DNA of 64,000 bases from Marsupella aquatica (taxonomy: Eukaryota > Plantae > Marchantiophyta): the NCBI GenBank assembly GCA_973895155.1, contig OZ316898.1, positions 7,303,079 through 7,367,078 on the forward strand, given 5' to 3'. A program made the position numbers and the translations under genes. Positions 36,301 through 50,700 of this stretch are shown piece by piece. Each line of letters opens with the position of its first letter. Position 1 is the first letter of the stretch. The notes under the pieces were generated by a model. It was not told the origin of the DNA. It made no database searches and worked only from the letters and a program-made list of their open reading frames with translations.

Positions 36301-39300
36301 CACATCTTGTTTTACCCCGTGCAACAATTCTTATGAGGCAAAAAATATGGACTCGGAAAATGCGGGGTCAAATGTTCCAGAGAAAATTGCCTTTTCTGTC
36401 CGGTTTACTGATATCAAAAAGTGACAACTGAAACATCGAATGAATGGAGGTAGGTGAAGGCATCCCAGTTACTTAACTCATGAGAATCTTCTCAATGTGT
36501 GCTCCACTATACTGTAGTTATATTTAACTTACTATGTTTAACAAGTAACTCTGGCTAACATCAAAAAGTGTAAACAGAGGAACCCGCCCAGAAAATTTTA
36601 CCGTCACTCTCCCTGCCCAGATTGTTTTCCTCACCCTCCACACAAATTGGAAATCCAGCTACAGATTTGTATTCCAGAACTTACCAACAACAGATGCAAG
36701 GTCAGGAATATTATTTTGGTTTTCCATCTCCATCAATTTGAGTTTTCAACTTTGAATCCAAAGTGGGATTGGCAGATCCCCTGTTCTATACGAAGTCGAA
36801 GTTCTGGGGGCGCTGATAAGAACTTAGGAGCAGATTAAGGCTTAGAAATCATAAGTTGGATCAGCGAATACACTTTCGAATGTGACATCATAGTTTTCTT
36901 GAGAGGAAAGACGTCGATTTGGGCTATGGAATCCGACCTGTGACAAGGGTTTCGGACCCCCTATCCAAATGCTGGCAGTTCATATATATACAGTGCAGTG
37001 GCAAGACTGTGACCACGTTTCAAGAAACAAAATATCTAGTGTTAAGGTGGGCACGTAGCAGATCGAGGTCTGATAAATTCTGAGATGCATTCTAAGGAGC
37101 TTTATACGCTTCAAACGTCCAGCCCAAGGGCACGGAACAAAGCAGAAATTCTGATTGCAGCACCTTAAATATACAGTTCCGTAAAATCTTATCTAGAAAT
37201 TGTTCACGCTCCATGCAGTGCTGATGATTCAATAACGAAACCTGTGCGGTCTCTTGAGGTCCTTCTTGTCATTGTTGCTCTCGCTGTTGGATGGGCCCCT
37301 CAGGGTTCCAGTGTATTGTGCCTTTGAAGTGTTCGAAGTAGTGAAATGTTCACTTTTTCGTTTCCAACCCCTTTCACCCTATTCCTCTCTTTCCTCTACT
37401 TTCTAAATAAGAAGACCAGAAATACCCACAGCTCGTTCAGTTCATTGATGGTTTCCATCCCTTACGGGTAAATGTTCAGATTATTAACAGCTGGAGACAA
37501 GTGCATACAGTGAGCAGCTTACCTTGAACAAAGAGCAGTCACCGAGAAAGGAACCAGCTGGGAGACCAATTGTAGTAAGTATTACAAGCATCCCATCGTT
37601 TAGCACTGGAAATAGAAGGCTTGGCACCTTCCTGTGTGGTCAATATATCTTAGAAGGGGCAACTATAGAGTAGTAGAAAATGCATATGAACATTGGCTCC
37701 TAGCAGGATGATATCAAAAGTTGTTGTCTGGACCAGCTCTATTGACTGCCGCTGTGGTATTCAATTGTCCAAATTCTGACCTGAATTCTGACTGTACTAG
37801 GCTTTTTCTCTTCTGGGCTGGTGGAGATCATTAGAACGGTACTACTCTAGTACATTTTCGCTGCGGGTTATGCATGGTGACAGTGTAGTTCCCAATGTCA
37901 CGCTCTGCCCAATTTATGCTCTAGAGATTTTTCTTTGGCTCATAGGTTTCGAGCTTTATAGAAGCGGTACCTTTGTATTCCCAAATAGATCCATTCATGC
38001 CAGTATGAGATACAAGACTAGGAAGAGCCCTCGGGATAACCAGGATGAGGAATAAGAGTGGTCAACGTGTTGCCCCGTTACTTGTGTAAGGCTGCATCAA
38101 ATTCAATCACTTTTTCACTTGTACCTCCAGCAGATACTCAGAGCAAACTGTGCAGGATGTGGGTCACGGGTGGGTGGTTAGGTGGTAGCTGGAGTCCGCA
38201 ATTTCGATGGGAATATCCTCTAGTACCGAATTCCGACCGGATCCTCAGAGTAGCTATGCTCTTCGCTCCATCCCCCTTTTCAAAACTGCAGACGATCTAT
38301 AGGAGTGGTGATAGCTCTAGTCAGAATTACAGAGATTTTGAGCAGAAGTCCTTGCAAAGCCTTTCTCGTTTCTATCGAGTGCATCTATGTAAATTATTAT
38401 CACTAGCAAACTAAGGGGAACCTTGCAATGTTGAACTGCTCTGGCTGTCGATCGATCATCGACATGCCAACATATCTTTCACACAGTCACTACTACTGTT
38501 TACTTGAAATGTGACCTAAGGGGACTTTACAAGAAGAGAGGACAAAAGTTAAGAGGCCACATGTGTTTACCCTACCTGATTGACACGTCCATTGCAAACC
38601 TGTCTTGGGCCAAAAAGGTGGTTAGGGTCAAGTTTGGTCACCAGTGCCAAAATCTCACGACCCAGGCTGACAGGGGTTATGGCTCATAACCATCTATACA
38701 AATACGAAGGAAAAACTACAAGAGGGGTTTAAGTAGGTTCTCTTTCAATGTTGGGAGGGATTTTAGGTACAGCGTGATAATGTGAATGCAGACACCAACA
38801 TATTTGAGAGACTCAAGGGTGGTGAGAGACATTCAGAGTTTTTATAGCTCTTAGCTCTCGTGATTATAAAGGTGATAGAAATGAGTCTAGCTGTTAATCT
38901 AAACCCAACTGGGTGATCTGGGTCTGAGCTTGACTTTACTTAAGAGTCCAGCCATCTATCTGGACCATTTGTATTCAGATTTAGACTCTGTTGTTAGACT
39001 TAGCTCCATGCAGCTCCATGGACTTTCAGATCAAGATTCTTTGTTGACTCAGTTTAGTCCAATAGTCATTCTTGACAACAAGAAGTGGTCCGGGTCTAAG
39101 CTTGACTCTAAGCTCCCTTGTTGACTTGGCTTTGTCCAGGGGTCTACTTAGAAACTAAGGAAGGAGCGGTCCGTGTCGGAGCAACTGCCCGTTCTACCGT
39201 AGGATGTTCAGATCCCAGTAGAACATTGTTAGACAGGACGTCAACCGACAGAAAATCAACTCTAGTTAGTACACACCTACAATAAGTACTGTAGGTGTAT

Positions 39301-39979
39301 GAATCACCTTGAAACGTATTCATGAGACGAAAGAACATAAGATGTGGAATGGACCCTGATGACGTTAATCAAAAACATTTTCGATTATTGAATTGGATAC
39401 ATCTCGAACTCTGACTCAAGGTGAACACAAGCCTCTTGCGGCCACTCACCTACCGTTATGCCGTAAAGCTCAGTACACTACAGGATGACAAGATCATCCG
39501 CCCAAAAACAGAAGGATGGCAGGGGTAGGCCGGGGGGTAGGCCGCTGCCATATCCAATCTAAGTAGCTTCTGAACTTCCTCCGGGGATCTCAATTCGTCA
39601 GATCCCGTATACTGCTACAACGCACTATCTTGTAGTGATTAAATTTATCCATTGAAGTGCTCCTGCAATGGCCATGAACATGCATTCTATCGGCTGACAT
39701 GCATTCTATCGGCTGGCATGCATTCTATCGGCTGATGTTTTGTTCCTTGAAGTCCTGGTGGCCGTGGAGGAGATGTAAGATCAACCATGAATAGTGCCAG
39801 GTCACAGGTTCACACCCTTGACGGGGTGCGGACTATTTACATGACTTGCCAACCTCCCTTACTTGCAGGAAACCTTGGGACCATCTTTAGACGGACCGAA
39901 GTCGGTAACAAGTTTGAGAGCTGAATTATTTCTAGCTCTCAATTTAAGTCGAAGCGGGTTGAATCATCATGCAATCATC

Positions 39980-42618
39980 CTACGCTTCACCATCGCTAGC
40001 AGGAACGGTGTGCACTCTCGCGTCGCGAGCTAGATTCTCCAGCTTCTGTTCGTCGTCGACCTCGATCGAGCGTTTCGGCCCGTGGAAGGTTTTCCTCCCG
40101 CTCCAAAACCAGTAAATCACGCCCACGCCCAGGCAGCCGCTGAGGCTGATTGGGGCGTAGTTTAAGGTCGAGGCGGTGACGGGATACGATGGAGGGAAGC
40201 AGAAAAAAATGCACATCAGTCCGCCCCAGATCGCACCCCACCCGCCGATCAGTGGCCCCCATTTCCCCAAGGAAAATGGCCCATGCACGAAATTGTTTCT
40301 GTACAAGTACCTCACAACCAACACCACAGTGTATGGTCCATATGCAGTGATTGTAGACATGGCGGTAATGGCAGTGAAGGCCACGCTACTACCCAGCGCA
40401 GGGAGAGTGCAGATGAAGGCTCCGATCACTGTCACAATGGTTGCTACGATTGGGATCTTGTCCGACATTCTCAGCCTAATAAGATATTTGAACCCTGGGA
40501 GGCCTTCGTCTCTTGCCATTGCGTAAGCCTACATGCCATACCACGAAGATTTCAACTATGAGACAGGTGTATTTAATCTTGCGACACATCAGCGATCACA
40601 TAGTCCCATAACACAATGTTGTCACATTCACATTCACTACTGAAGATGTGGATGCGTCATAACAAAGCACTGCAGGGCTTCGACACATCCACATCTTCAG
40701 TTTTCTCATTTTCAGCCGACATCGGAAATCTAGCAGGAATCGCCGTTTCGTGACGGACAACTTATGCTTACATGGTTCCCCGGCCTTGTTATGTAAACAG
40801 AAAGGAACTTAGGTGAAGCCAAGTACTGACCATTCTTGCTGTGAGAGTCACGTTTGTGATATTTCCAAAGAAGAGAGAAATGGCCGCCAGTCCAGTGAAA
40901 GTGACCGAACCAGCAGTTCCATGTCCCCACCTAGCATCGAACACGTCGTAGAAAATCTGGCTTCCAGCAGAAGCATCTCCTCCACCTGCACGATTAATCA
41001 TAAAATGACCAACTTGAGCACAAGATTTACAGTTTCCGACAATGATCGGCCTCGACCGCATTGCCAGACTCAGCTTTCAATCGAAGTGAACCAAACCTTC
41101 AGGAATTTTCAATACCCCGCTGGACTGTACAAGATTTAGCTATTGTGCCCCCATTTCTTTGGCTCTGGGTTTGAAGACCATGCTCAGAAAGGAGCGCGGA
41201 AGTCGATCAGACGACTGGGCTTTAGTCTATAAGATACATCTAGTCACCTGGTGTAGCCAAAATATCCCACTTATATATATTAACACCATAAAGGTAAATT
41301 ATTGAAAGCGAAAGTATCCCTCCCTCAGTGGTAACCTTGCGAACGTACGTTGTCCGAATCCCACGTACATTCCAAGTCTTGCACCTCCTTATCATCGCCT
41401 CATTTAGAATGATATAATGATGTCAATCACAATCCATATCCTGAGCTACAGTATGTTGAACTTAGGCAGCTGACGAGATACGACTAGATTGTCTCGAAAG
41501 GTTTTTCGTTCGTACCCGCAAAGGAAGCGTTTACTGAGAACTTATTTCCAAACCCACCCAACGTCTACCTGAACATCGAACGAGGAGATTGAGAGCAATT
41601 GAATGAGAGGCGAAACTCACCAGTTGGGGTGTTCGAGCTGAGCACATTGCCAGGCACCTGAATGCAGAGGGTCATGGCCAAGAGTAAGATGATCTCCACG
41701 ACAGCTGTTACGTACACAGTGTACACCATTGCTCGAGGTCCAGACGTTGCCGCGGTACGCACTTCCTCCACCACATGAGATCCGACCTCGAAACCTGTGA
41801 GAATGGACTGGAAGTATGGGAGGCCCAGAATCACCACCATGACTGCGCTCTTGACACCAGAACCTGGAGCGTGTACGAAATGCGTGAAGACGAATTTGGC
41901 ACTCTGGTATTTGGGAGCGACTGCCATCAATGTGACGACGATGAATACAATTGATACGATTTGAAACCAAGCCCCGATTGTGCTCAGGCGTCCGAGCCAC
42001 CTAGTGTTCGTAATGGAGACCCAGAAATGCAGAAAGAAAATGCCGGCGGTGAGGGCCACAATCTGCTCATTGGCAAGAATACCCAAAGTTAGCATCCATT
42101 TGCACTCTGGACAATATTGCTAGGATAATGGCCACGAGAAATCCAATGGGGGCGGCGACTCAAGAAATTTGGCTATCATTCGCTCGACGCTAGGGATGAA
42201 AGCAAAAAATATCTGTGGGTGACTACAGATCCGTCCTCCACTCATGCATAGTCTATTGCGCCTCCAGGCATTGAGACCACGAGCCTGTAAATCGGATGAA
42301 CCAATATGCAGGACGGACAAAAAGGAGACATTTAAAAAAGCGAACGACTGCTAGAAATTCCGTCCAATTCGTCTTCGGAATCGGCTACAACGCTTCAATC
42401 TCTCAGGACAATTATCAGCTGCAATACACGGAATTCGAAGAAGACTTCCTCCTCGCGAAAATTGATTTTGTCATAGGCGAGAATGAATGAATGAACGAAC
42501 GAAATGATGACTGGGGCCAGTTGGCCTTCAATGCTGAAATGTACTGTAAAGATTTCCTGCAATGCAGACTCTTTCCAAAACAGCAGGGCAACCTGGGAGA
42601 AAGAATGAATTAAGAATC

Positions 42619-42656
<38 letters not shown>

Positions 42657-43217
42657 CTGGCTATCGGTGAGATTAACCCCGGATCCCAGCTGAATCATGG
42701 TGGAAAGTAGCTGAGCCAGCAGATACTCATTGAGAGCAGTACCGCAGAAGGATCCCACGAGGTACATCCAGCCCACGAACCACGAGAGCCAAGCCGCATG
42801 CTTCCTGGGCACCAGCTGCGCCACCCAGTAATAAACACTGCCAAGAGTCGGGAATGCGGAGCACACTTCGGACATTGCATACGCCATGCATAACGTTCCG
42901 AAGGAAGTGGCAAGCATGCCCCAGAAAATCGTGACCGGCCCTCCATACGCATACATGTAGCCATAGTATCCCGTCACAAATCCCAGCGGCGCTGTATAAG
43001 AGAAGGTGTACGCCCACTGCTGGAATGGGCTCATCTCCCGGTGGTACACCGCATTGTACCCGAGCTCATTGAGCCTCCTCTCATCGGCATCCTTGCTCTC
43101 CGCCTCCGTGCCGCTGCGCCACTTCTCATGGTCCCCATTCGTCGCTCTCTCCTGTTCCATTTCCTCTAGGCCCTTCTCGTCAGCATACTTCACCGAGTTC
43201 ACATTCTCCACTTCCAT
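39980..43217 (-). CDS. Amino-acid/GABA permease, BAT1/GABP-like (ACT family, APC superfamily), 568 aa; exons 43217-42657, 42062-41621, 40985-40831, 40528-39980
   Basis: Motifs DERRLNELGY, YGGPV, MSEVCSAFPTLGSVYYW, RMAYAMARD and GPFSLGKWG…LNYAP. All introns are GT-AG and phase-compatible, giving a 1707-nt CDS with many hydrophobic segments. Confidence 0.93.
42623..42651. repeat. (GA)n/(TC)n microsatellite at the start of permease intron 1
   Basis: GA dinucleotide run a few bases from the donor CAG|GTCCAC on the minus strand. Confidence 0.95.
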
Positions 43218-45096
43218 ACATGCAACGACTTCCCAAGCTCCCTTTGAACCGCCTCTCCGAACCTACGAAGCAGTCTCCTTCCCTCAATTGATACAGTTGA
43301 GAACCGAGGTCTCACATAGAGTAGGTTCATGCAGTACCTACCAACCTGGAAAGACATGGAATCGTCGCTTTAGACAGTCTCCCCACAGTTCTCCACGACT
43401 CCACGAGGATGGAACAGAAGAGCAGACGAGACTGAATAACTGGTGATCTTCTGGACAGGGCGGAATCTGAGGACTGTCCGGGATTGGAGGAGTGAGTGAA
43501 TAATGACAATCAACACGACACAAGCTATGGGGACCGAAGACTCGAAATGATCCACTTTTGGGGCCTTGGGGAGTTGGGGGGACTGGAATTGGAAATTGGG
43601 AATCCCTCTCGCAATTGGAGCATTGAATGCGTTAATTGCCAGACAGAATTCGTACCTTCTTATACTGGACAGACACTCAAGACAGTGGATGACAGACGGC
43701 CGTGCAGGTGATAGCTCGGAAAGGTCGTACCTCATGAGCAGCCAGAAATCAGCACGACATCATCCCAAATCCCAACATTATCACATCGACGATTTATCGC
43801 ATTATCACCTCAATTATTTAGCACTGCTAGCCGTGGATAACAGGGTAGCTTTTTAAGCTTTTTAAGCTTTTTTCCTCTTTCGCCATTGTGACATGCAGGA
43901 AGGATGCTTCGAATTGTCCTCACCTAATTTTTGAAGATGAAACTTTTACCGACCAGATGCTTGGAATTTTCCTCACCTAATTTTTCTAATTAAATTTTGG
44001 CAGACCAGCTGACAAATCTCCCTATATTCTGGCTAATGGGTACGTGGCTAGGTAGCTATTCTGGCTAATCAGGTATGTGGCTGGGTAGCTAGGAAACTGG
44101 CTAATGGAAGACAAAAACCTTATCCAATTTTTGTCAAAAGTGGCCAAGAGTCTTGAGAGAGTTGGAATCTTAGAGCAAATTTCAGTCATTATAAAACTCT
44201 GGTGGATACCATGTTGTTTGGCATCCCCCCTTGTTTGGACATCAAAATGTGACAAAATATGATGTGTTATGTCACCTCATGCCATGATAAACCCAGATAA
44301 TCTGATTAAATCATTGAGTTGTATTCTAAATATATGTACCTGGTTGTAAAATTTTGACGTTCAATTACCAGGACGTGGCTGTTTGTGCAATCTCTTGAAG
44401 CAGTTACATTGTTCAGACAATCTGCATGTCTGAGTCTGAGCGGTATCTCGTGTCTTTTTGTAATAATTTTTTAATACTCTCTCTTCCACCTAAAAGATGC
44501 CCAGGTAGATGGACTGAGAAAAAAATGAGGGTTTCACTGATATTTATGCCGTTGTGCAAGTCTACTGGGGCATCACAAGCCCACAGGCCCATCTGGGCTT
44601 ATTTGTCCTCTTCCACCACCGAAGCCCAGATAAACTCCATAAACACATGTACCAGTGTGAAACATTGCTCAAGGTGATCTTCCAAGTAAGAACTTTCTCT
44701 TCCCTGCCTCTACTGTACAAGGAAACCTTCTCCATCTTAGACCTTGGCCATTTCCAGGACACTTTGATATTACTGCCTTCTTTGGTGTATGCAGCTAACT
44801 AACTCTTGTGCCTCTTTCATTTGGGCACAGCTGTCCACCTTGGCGGGCTCTGGTACTTGTCCTTGCATTTAAGATGTAAATGTTAAAGGTTTTTCAGTTT
44901 TCATAATGGAGAGTAAGGGGAAAAAAAAACAAGGTTAATGGAGAGTAAGGGCAATCATATGTGCATTCACTTATGTAGAAAGACATGTGAGCCTCCTTTC
45001 ATCCCATAATCAAGGCTGAGCAAGTTTTGCTTTATAACTATACACAGTGAATGGCCTGATCCCCATCTGTTGCATAAGATGTTGATATGACCAAAG

Positions 45097-45292
45097 GACT
45101 TGAGTTCACTCCTTTATGTAAAGGATTCAAGTCTTTTAAGAAGTACTTGACTCCTTTCTGTGTGAAGGACTTGACTCTTTCAAACTGTAAGGAAGACTTG
45201 ACTCATTTGTGGGTGAAGAATTTGATTCCTTCTTGGGTGAAGGACTCGTCTCATTTCTGTGTGATGGACTTGACTGCTTTCTGTGTGAAGTC
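45097..45292. repeat. Degenerate 24-27-bp minisatellite
   Basis: About 7 units resembling GACTTGACTCCTTTCTGTGTGAAG. Confidence 0.7.
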
Positions 45293-46020
45293 TTTCCCTG
45301 AACAAGTTAGGAATAGTGTCCTTGTGAGTAATTTCAGAAGTTTTACTGCATTATCTTCTAAAGTGATGGTGATAAGAACCACTGACTGAAATGCTTTAAA
45401 CTACCATTGTCATCATATTTGGTGCCTTGACTAGGGACTGTTCAAGTGCTAGATCTGAGTGAGGCTCGTCCTCTTATCAGGAAGGAAGAGTTTAGAATAA
45501 TTGATGAATGACATCATGCAATTCTGTGGTGCTGGCCTGGAGTTTAATTTAAGTTTATATGCTTACTTCTTGGGTTTTGGTATACTTCCAGCCTGAATCC
45601 ACATTTGAAGCATGGGCTGGTCTGCAAATATTGCATGTTCATCCTTTAAACATGTTTCATTTTTTCTCTTGTAGTGATCTGTAAATGATAGTGCATAGTA
45701 TTTGACAGAATTGAGTGGTAAAAGTACATTTCACATAATGACCAGCAAAAGTACAAGTGCACAAATCTTGAAAGTTGTGCACATAAGGTACAGATTCTCA
45801 CTTGCCCTAATGATACTCAAATAAATAGTGGGAAATAGAATTGAAAACAAAAAGAATTGAAAAAAAACCTATACTCTTTTATGTATCTTTGCATACTTTT
45901 TTTTTGTGCATCTTTTAGATTTGTCTTATTGAGAGTCTTATTATACATTTTATATTTATTTGAGTTATGGTCTAGAGGCTTCACTCTAGACCTAACCCTT
46001 AAAAGTAGCTTCTGTTTGCG

Positions 46021-46320
46021 ATTATATAGTAAGACAAGCCATATGCCTGTGCGTTGCACGCCATAATGAGGGCCGGCCCATAGGAAGGAGGGCCGGGGGG
46101 CGAGAGGCAGTGGCAAGCGCATTGGGATCGAGGGGAGGGCGAGGCAGGGCGTCGACCGAGGGGAGGATGAGAGGCAGGGGCTAGTGCATAGGGACCGAGG
46201 GGAGGCAAGGCAGGGCATCAGGGTGAGGCATCGTGAGCATTGATGCACGTATACGTATATAGCCAGGGGGGGTCCATAAAGGCACGTGCGTGAGAGGCCT
46301 TGCCAGAGAGGGCAGGTGCT
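46021..46320 (-). mobile_element. Helitron-like terminus with adjacent GC-rich tract
   Basis: Minus strand reads CGTGCAACGCAC (hairpin)…CTTG, then TCTTACTATATAA. This resembles a plant Helitron 3' end abutting a 5' TC end. Confidence 0.4.
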
Positions 46321-47726
46321 AATCAAGCAGATACGATAATCCTCTAAAATATCCAACAGATAATTTTGATTCCCGCCAATTCTGGATTTCATAATGGGAT
46401 GAAGGATGAAAAATGCGATCACTGATTATAGTTGTAGATTGTGCAGGCAATGTACATAAGATCCTCCCTTGCTTTGCTAATGACAATAAAAACCATAAGC
46501 TTAACAAAGAAAAGTATGAGGAGGACTTTAATAAGCAGGTGTCCAGATCTCAAAGTATCAATTTCTCTCTCATACACTAGAATTGGCAAAATTCCCTAAA
46601 ATGAGTTAAAAGGGGTGGATGCACTTTATTGCAAACTAAATGTAGTGGGAAATGAGAGCACTAGGATAGCAAGATAAAAAAAATTAGAGGGGTGCCAAAA
46701 TAAATTTAAATCAAAATCAAAATTTTGGCACATTGAAATAAAAATATACAACAAAAAATATTAGTAAGACAAAATACTGAAAGGTGGATTGGCCATATAG
46801 TAGTGTCACATTTGAAGCATGGGCTGGTCTTCAACATTTGAGGCTATTGTGAGAAGCATGAAATGCTCATGAATTTTTAATTTGTCATAAATTTAGAATC
46901 ATTGTATTTCTCCATTAGTTGTTTTATTCAGGGAGCAGCACCACCGATTATTTGGGCTGGATATTTAGAGGCACTCAAGCTCTGAGGGTGATTTAATTAT
47001 AATCTTTTGTCTAATTATGCTGCAAATTTCCAGAAAGCCTACACTTACATCATATATCAAAGTGGACGCTTCTTCCTACCACAAAGCTGAATTTCCTGAC
47101 TGCCTGTAAACTATGGGTACGATCTTGCCTTGGGTTCTCAATGCACGTGACTAGCAATGGCAGCACCGCTGATCTCTTGTAACTTAGCTACTTCGATTAC
47201 TGGTTACTCTGACTTGCTAACACACCCTAGACTTATTCTATATTGAGATGCTGGTGTAAATGACCCTGAAGAACCCTAGAGTAAGTATCTGGTACAAGAT
47301 TGACTCTCCATATTGGTTCAGGATACATTTATGTACCCAACTTAAGTCACATTGAATTCAACTTCTCAGTTGAATCATCATTCAGATTATTTATGTATTT
47401 ATCTTGAGCTCATATCACTTTCCCGTTTTATTTATTATTTATTTTTGAAGAAAGGGGATGATGCCCGAGAATTTATTCCAAGCAACCAAGCAAATACAGA
47501 GAGATCTGCCCAATGGAAAAGGCAGAACCCAAAAACAACCTAAGACAGACAGGGCTGCCTGAGATACTTATTTGTTTAATGTTTACAGCAAGGTTTACAA
47601 CATCTGACTCTAAGTCTGAAAAAACACATTTGGCTCAGAGTCTAAGAATGAAGGCTGTGAGTCATGCCAATTTTGACTTGTTCAATTAGTTGTAAGTTTC
47701 AGAAATGGTTGCCAATTCATTACAAT

Positions 47727-47730
<4 letters not shown>

Positions 47731-47769
<39 letters not shown>
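47731..47769. repeat. (TC)n microsatellite
   Basis: Pure TC run. Confidence 0.95.
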
Positions 47770-47771
<2 letters not shown>

Positions 47772-50700
47772 GTGAGATGCATCATGACTTGGAGGTATTA
47801 ATCATTTGTGATCCCCTTACTTGCAATTCCCTCTTCTCACCATCAAATTGTCCACAAAATACTGCTCCGTAGGCAATGCCACTGGGTCCCAATTCCTGAT
47901 CTGCTGTAGACAGAGTGAATGGCCTGCAAGCAAGATAGAAAAATGTAGCAACCTTGAAAGACCGTTTGGGCTTCCCAACACCAAAAAAACAGGACAAGAA
48001 CTCAAAATCTAAAATATGCCAATAAATTGTCAATTTTATTCAATGGTTCAAGATCTTCCTAATCACAATGTCAAAATATAGAATTGAAGATTTTGAAAGC
48101 ATTTCAAGTGTGTATGATGTCCCTAAAAAATACAAATGACACTGACTATGATCTATATTTGCTTTCCATGCAACTCATGTTTGTACAAGTTGTGCCTGGC
48201 TTCTATGTACTACTCAATGCAAATTCCTAGACAAGTCTGAGATAAAAAAAAATGACTTCAAAGTGTCCATTATCTCAGGTGATATATATTTTGATACAGT
48301 TTCATCCCCATTGGCTTTGGCTTCAACTCCTCTGCTTTTGCATCTGCTTCAGAGGGGCACTATTCAAATCTTATAGCCCAAAGTTGTTCTCCAGTCATCT
48401 ATCACATAGATAATGGTCCATAACAAAATCATCACCTGTTAACAAATTTCTTTTCGCTTCTACTCATCCCTATAATTGCAGGACTCCTTGAAGGACTATC
48501 TTCTCATCAACTCCAATCCATTAGCTTTATTGACCTGGATCACAAGATCACCAACCTGGACAACAAAACAATACATGCATCATGTGCCACTGCCATCTTC
48601 GCAACAAAAGTGCTCGCACTCCAAGTTTCCACAGTGAGGACTGTCACACCATTCTAAGTGGTAGAATTAAAAAATGTGTTATCTAGGTTTGAGGCTTTTG
48701 TATGTGTTTTTTTTAGACTTAGTTTAAGGTTTGTGTATGTTAAAGGATAGTTATGGCTTGCAGGCCTCATCTTTTGATATCATGTAGAGTCTTCAAGCAT
48801 GAGCTCTGACATCTATGGTGTGGTTGGCTAGATAGCGTGCACGTAACCCTCACCTGGGCCCTCACTCTTAATTAATATGCTGAGGAACTTTGAACGCTTG
48901 AAGGTGATTTCTTTCTATTTCAGTGAAATCACGGGATGATTTTAATATTGGGGCAAATGATCTGGGAATTTGAAGCCCCTATGGACCGCAAGGTTGGTCT
49001 TTGGAAACCCCATGGACCACATTTCTCAGAATTTGAGTTAAATTGTAATACCTTGATATTCATAAATTTCAATACTTTTTGGTTTTGGGATATACTGGAG
49101 GTCAGCTACACTCAAAGGGACAGCTTTTTTTTGCCCATTTTCGTTGATTTTTCATCATAAAATGCAAGGGTGTAAATTTTGTTAGATTAATTTTCATTAT
49201 GTTAATATACTCAATATTGGAAAAAAATAAAATAGTGGCGTCCTATTATATCCAAAAAGCGGCCAAACAAGCCAGAGTCTAGAGAGGTAGAGAAATTCTC
49301 TAGGTCATTGCATTGTACGTAAGGGGGTAAACATATTAATAAATGACCTCATAGTCACAAGTATTTGTTCGATGGACCCCCCAAAATGAAAAGTGTTATT
49401 TGATGAAACCCATGAGGTTCTGGGTAGGTTTATGTAAGTTAGCAAAAGACTTAATGGGGCTCTTGCAGGGAAACAAACCCCAATAAATCACTTTTAAAAG
49501 AATGGGTCTCGTCAGGGACTTCTTTTCCTTGCAGGCCCCATCAAGTCTTTTAGATATTTAATGGTATTAAGGTCTATCCACAGCTGGATCCCTGGGACCA
49601 GGTCTATCAAGGGTCTGCATCATTCTGAGGTCCAATCAAGGGACACTTTTCATTGTGGGGGGTCATATACCTCGATAGTAATCGAAAACCTTGGCGAGAA
49701 CCTGGGTACTGGTCATGTTTCCAGGAAAAAATATGGATTATTTATTTACCTAAGTATTAGGTCTCCAATTTCAGGAATACTTGTAAATCCTAGTGTTAAA
49801 GAGTGTCCAGTTTGAAATGAGGACCTGGTTGCGGGTTCAACTCGCTCAGTTGCAATGTCAGGCACCTTTTGGGGGCCACTTCAATTGGGAGCGTCCCCAC
49901 TAGGCGTCTCACATATGGCCAGTTGCGGGAAATTTCAGCGCCCGGGAGTATCGGGGCCCGGGCCTCCAGACAGGACTGGTCGGGCACCGATTGTGGTGCC
50001 CGACCAGTCATGCCCGGGACATTTACACCGGAAACCCCACCCTACAGCACTTAGCCCTTCATGCAAACCAGCACAGAGATTGCGCAAAACAACACAGGAA
50101 CAGCGTCACGTCTACTCTGCGGCATCTCCATCCGCGACCCGTCTCAGAATTGACTACCTCAACATTTCTTGGCCCGCATCAACACTGTCAAAGTGTGCCC
50201 TATTGAGTCTCGGGTCCCCGGTTTTTCAAATTTTTTTTCCATAATTGAGATGCCCTATTGTAGAGTACGGGGATTTACGGGGACTTTTCTGGGGTTTCGT
50301 GAATTCATTTGGTGGTTGGGGGTCAACACTCCCACTCCCTTCTGGCCTTCTGGGGGCCACTTCAATCTGACGTCTCCCTTACTGTAGAGGGCAGTACTTT
50401 CTTAAAGTGCATGCGGGGATTTTTTGTGGAAATTTGGGATGTTTTCGGGGTTCCATGACTTCTTTAAGGGGTGGGGGTAAAACACTCCCACTCCTAATGG
50501 CGGGACCCAGGTTCCATGGGGACCGCGGTTCCCGCTAATGGGTTCAGTGATGCATGCCAGTGACGCAGCCACGCTGCTGCGGGTTGACGACGTAGGGTGG
50601 CTGCTCCGTCCAGCGAGTCGAGTGTGTTCCCTGCATCTGCCGTCGTGTGCTCGGCACGAAGTACACGGGCCACGCACGGCGGGCCTTACGCCCTGCCCGT

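Noticed and set aside
39996-43446. Overlapping alternative-frame and antisense ORFs over the permease gene
   Set aside because: Shadow ORFs caused by GC-rich codon usage of the real CDS.
47780-48660. Cys-rich and Ulp1-like peptide fragments on the minus strand
   Set aside because: Too many stops and no diagnostic catalytic motif; cannot be assigned without a database search.
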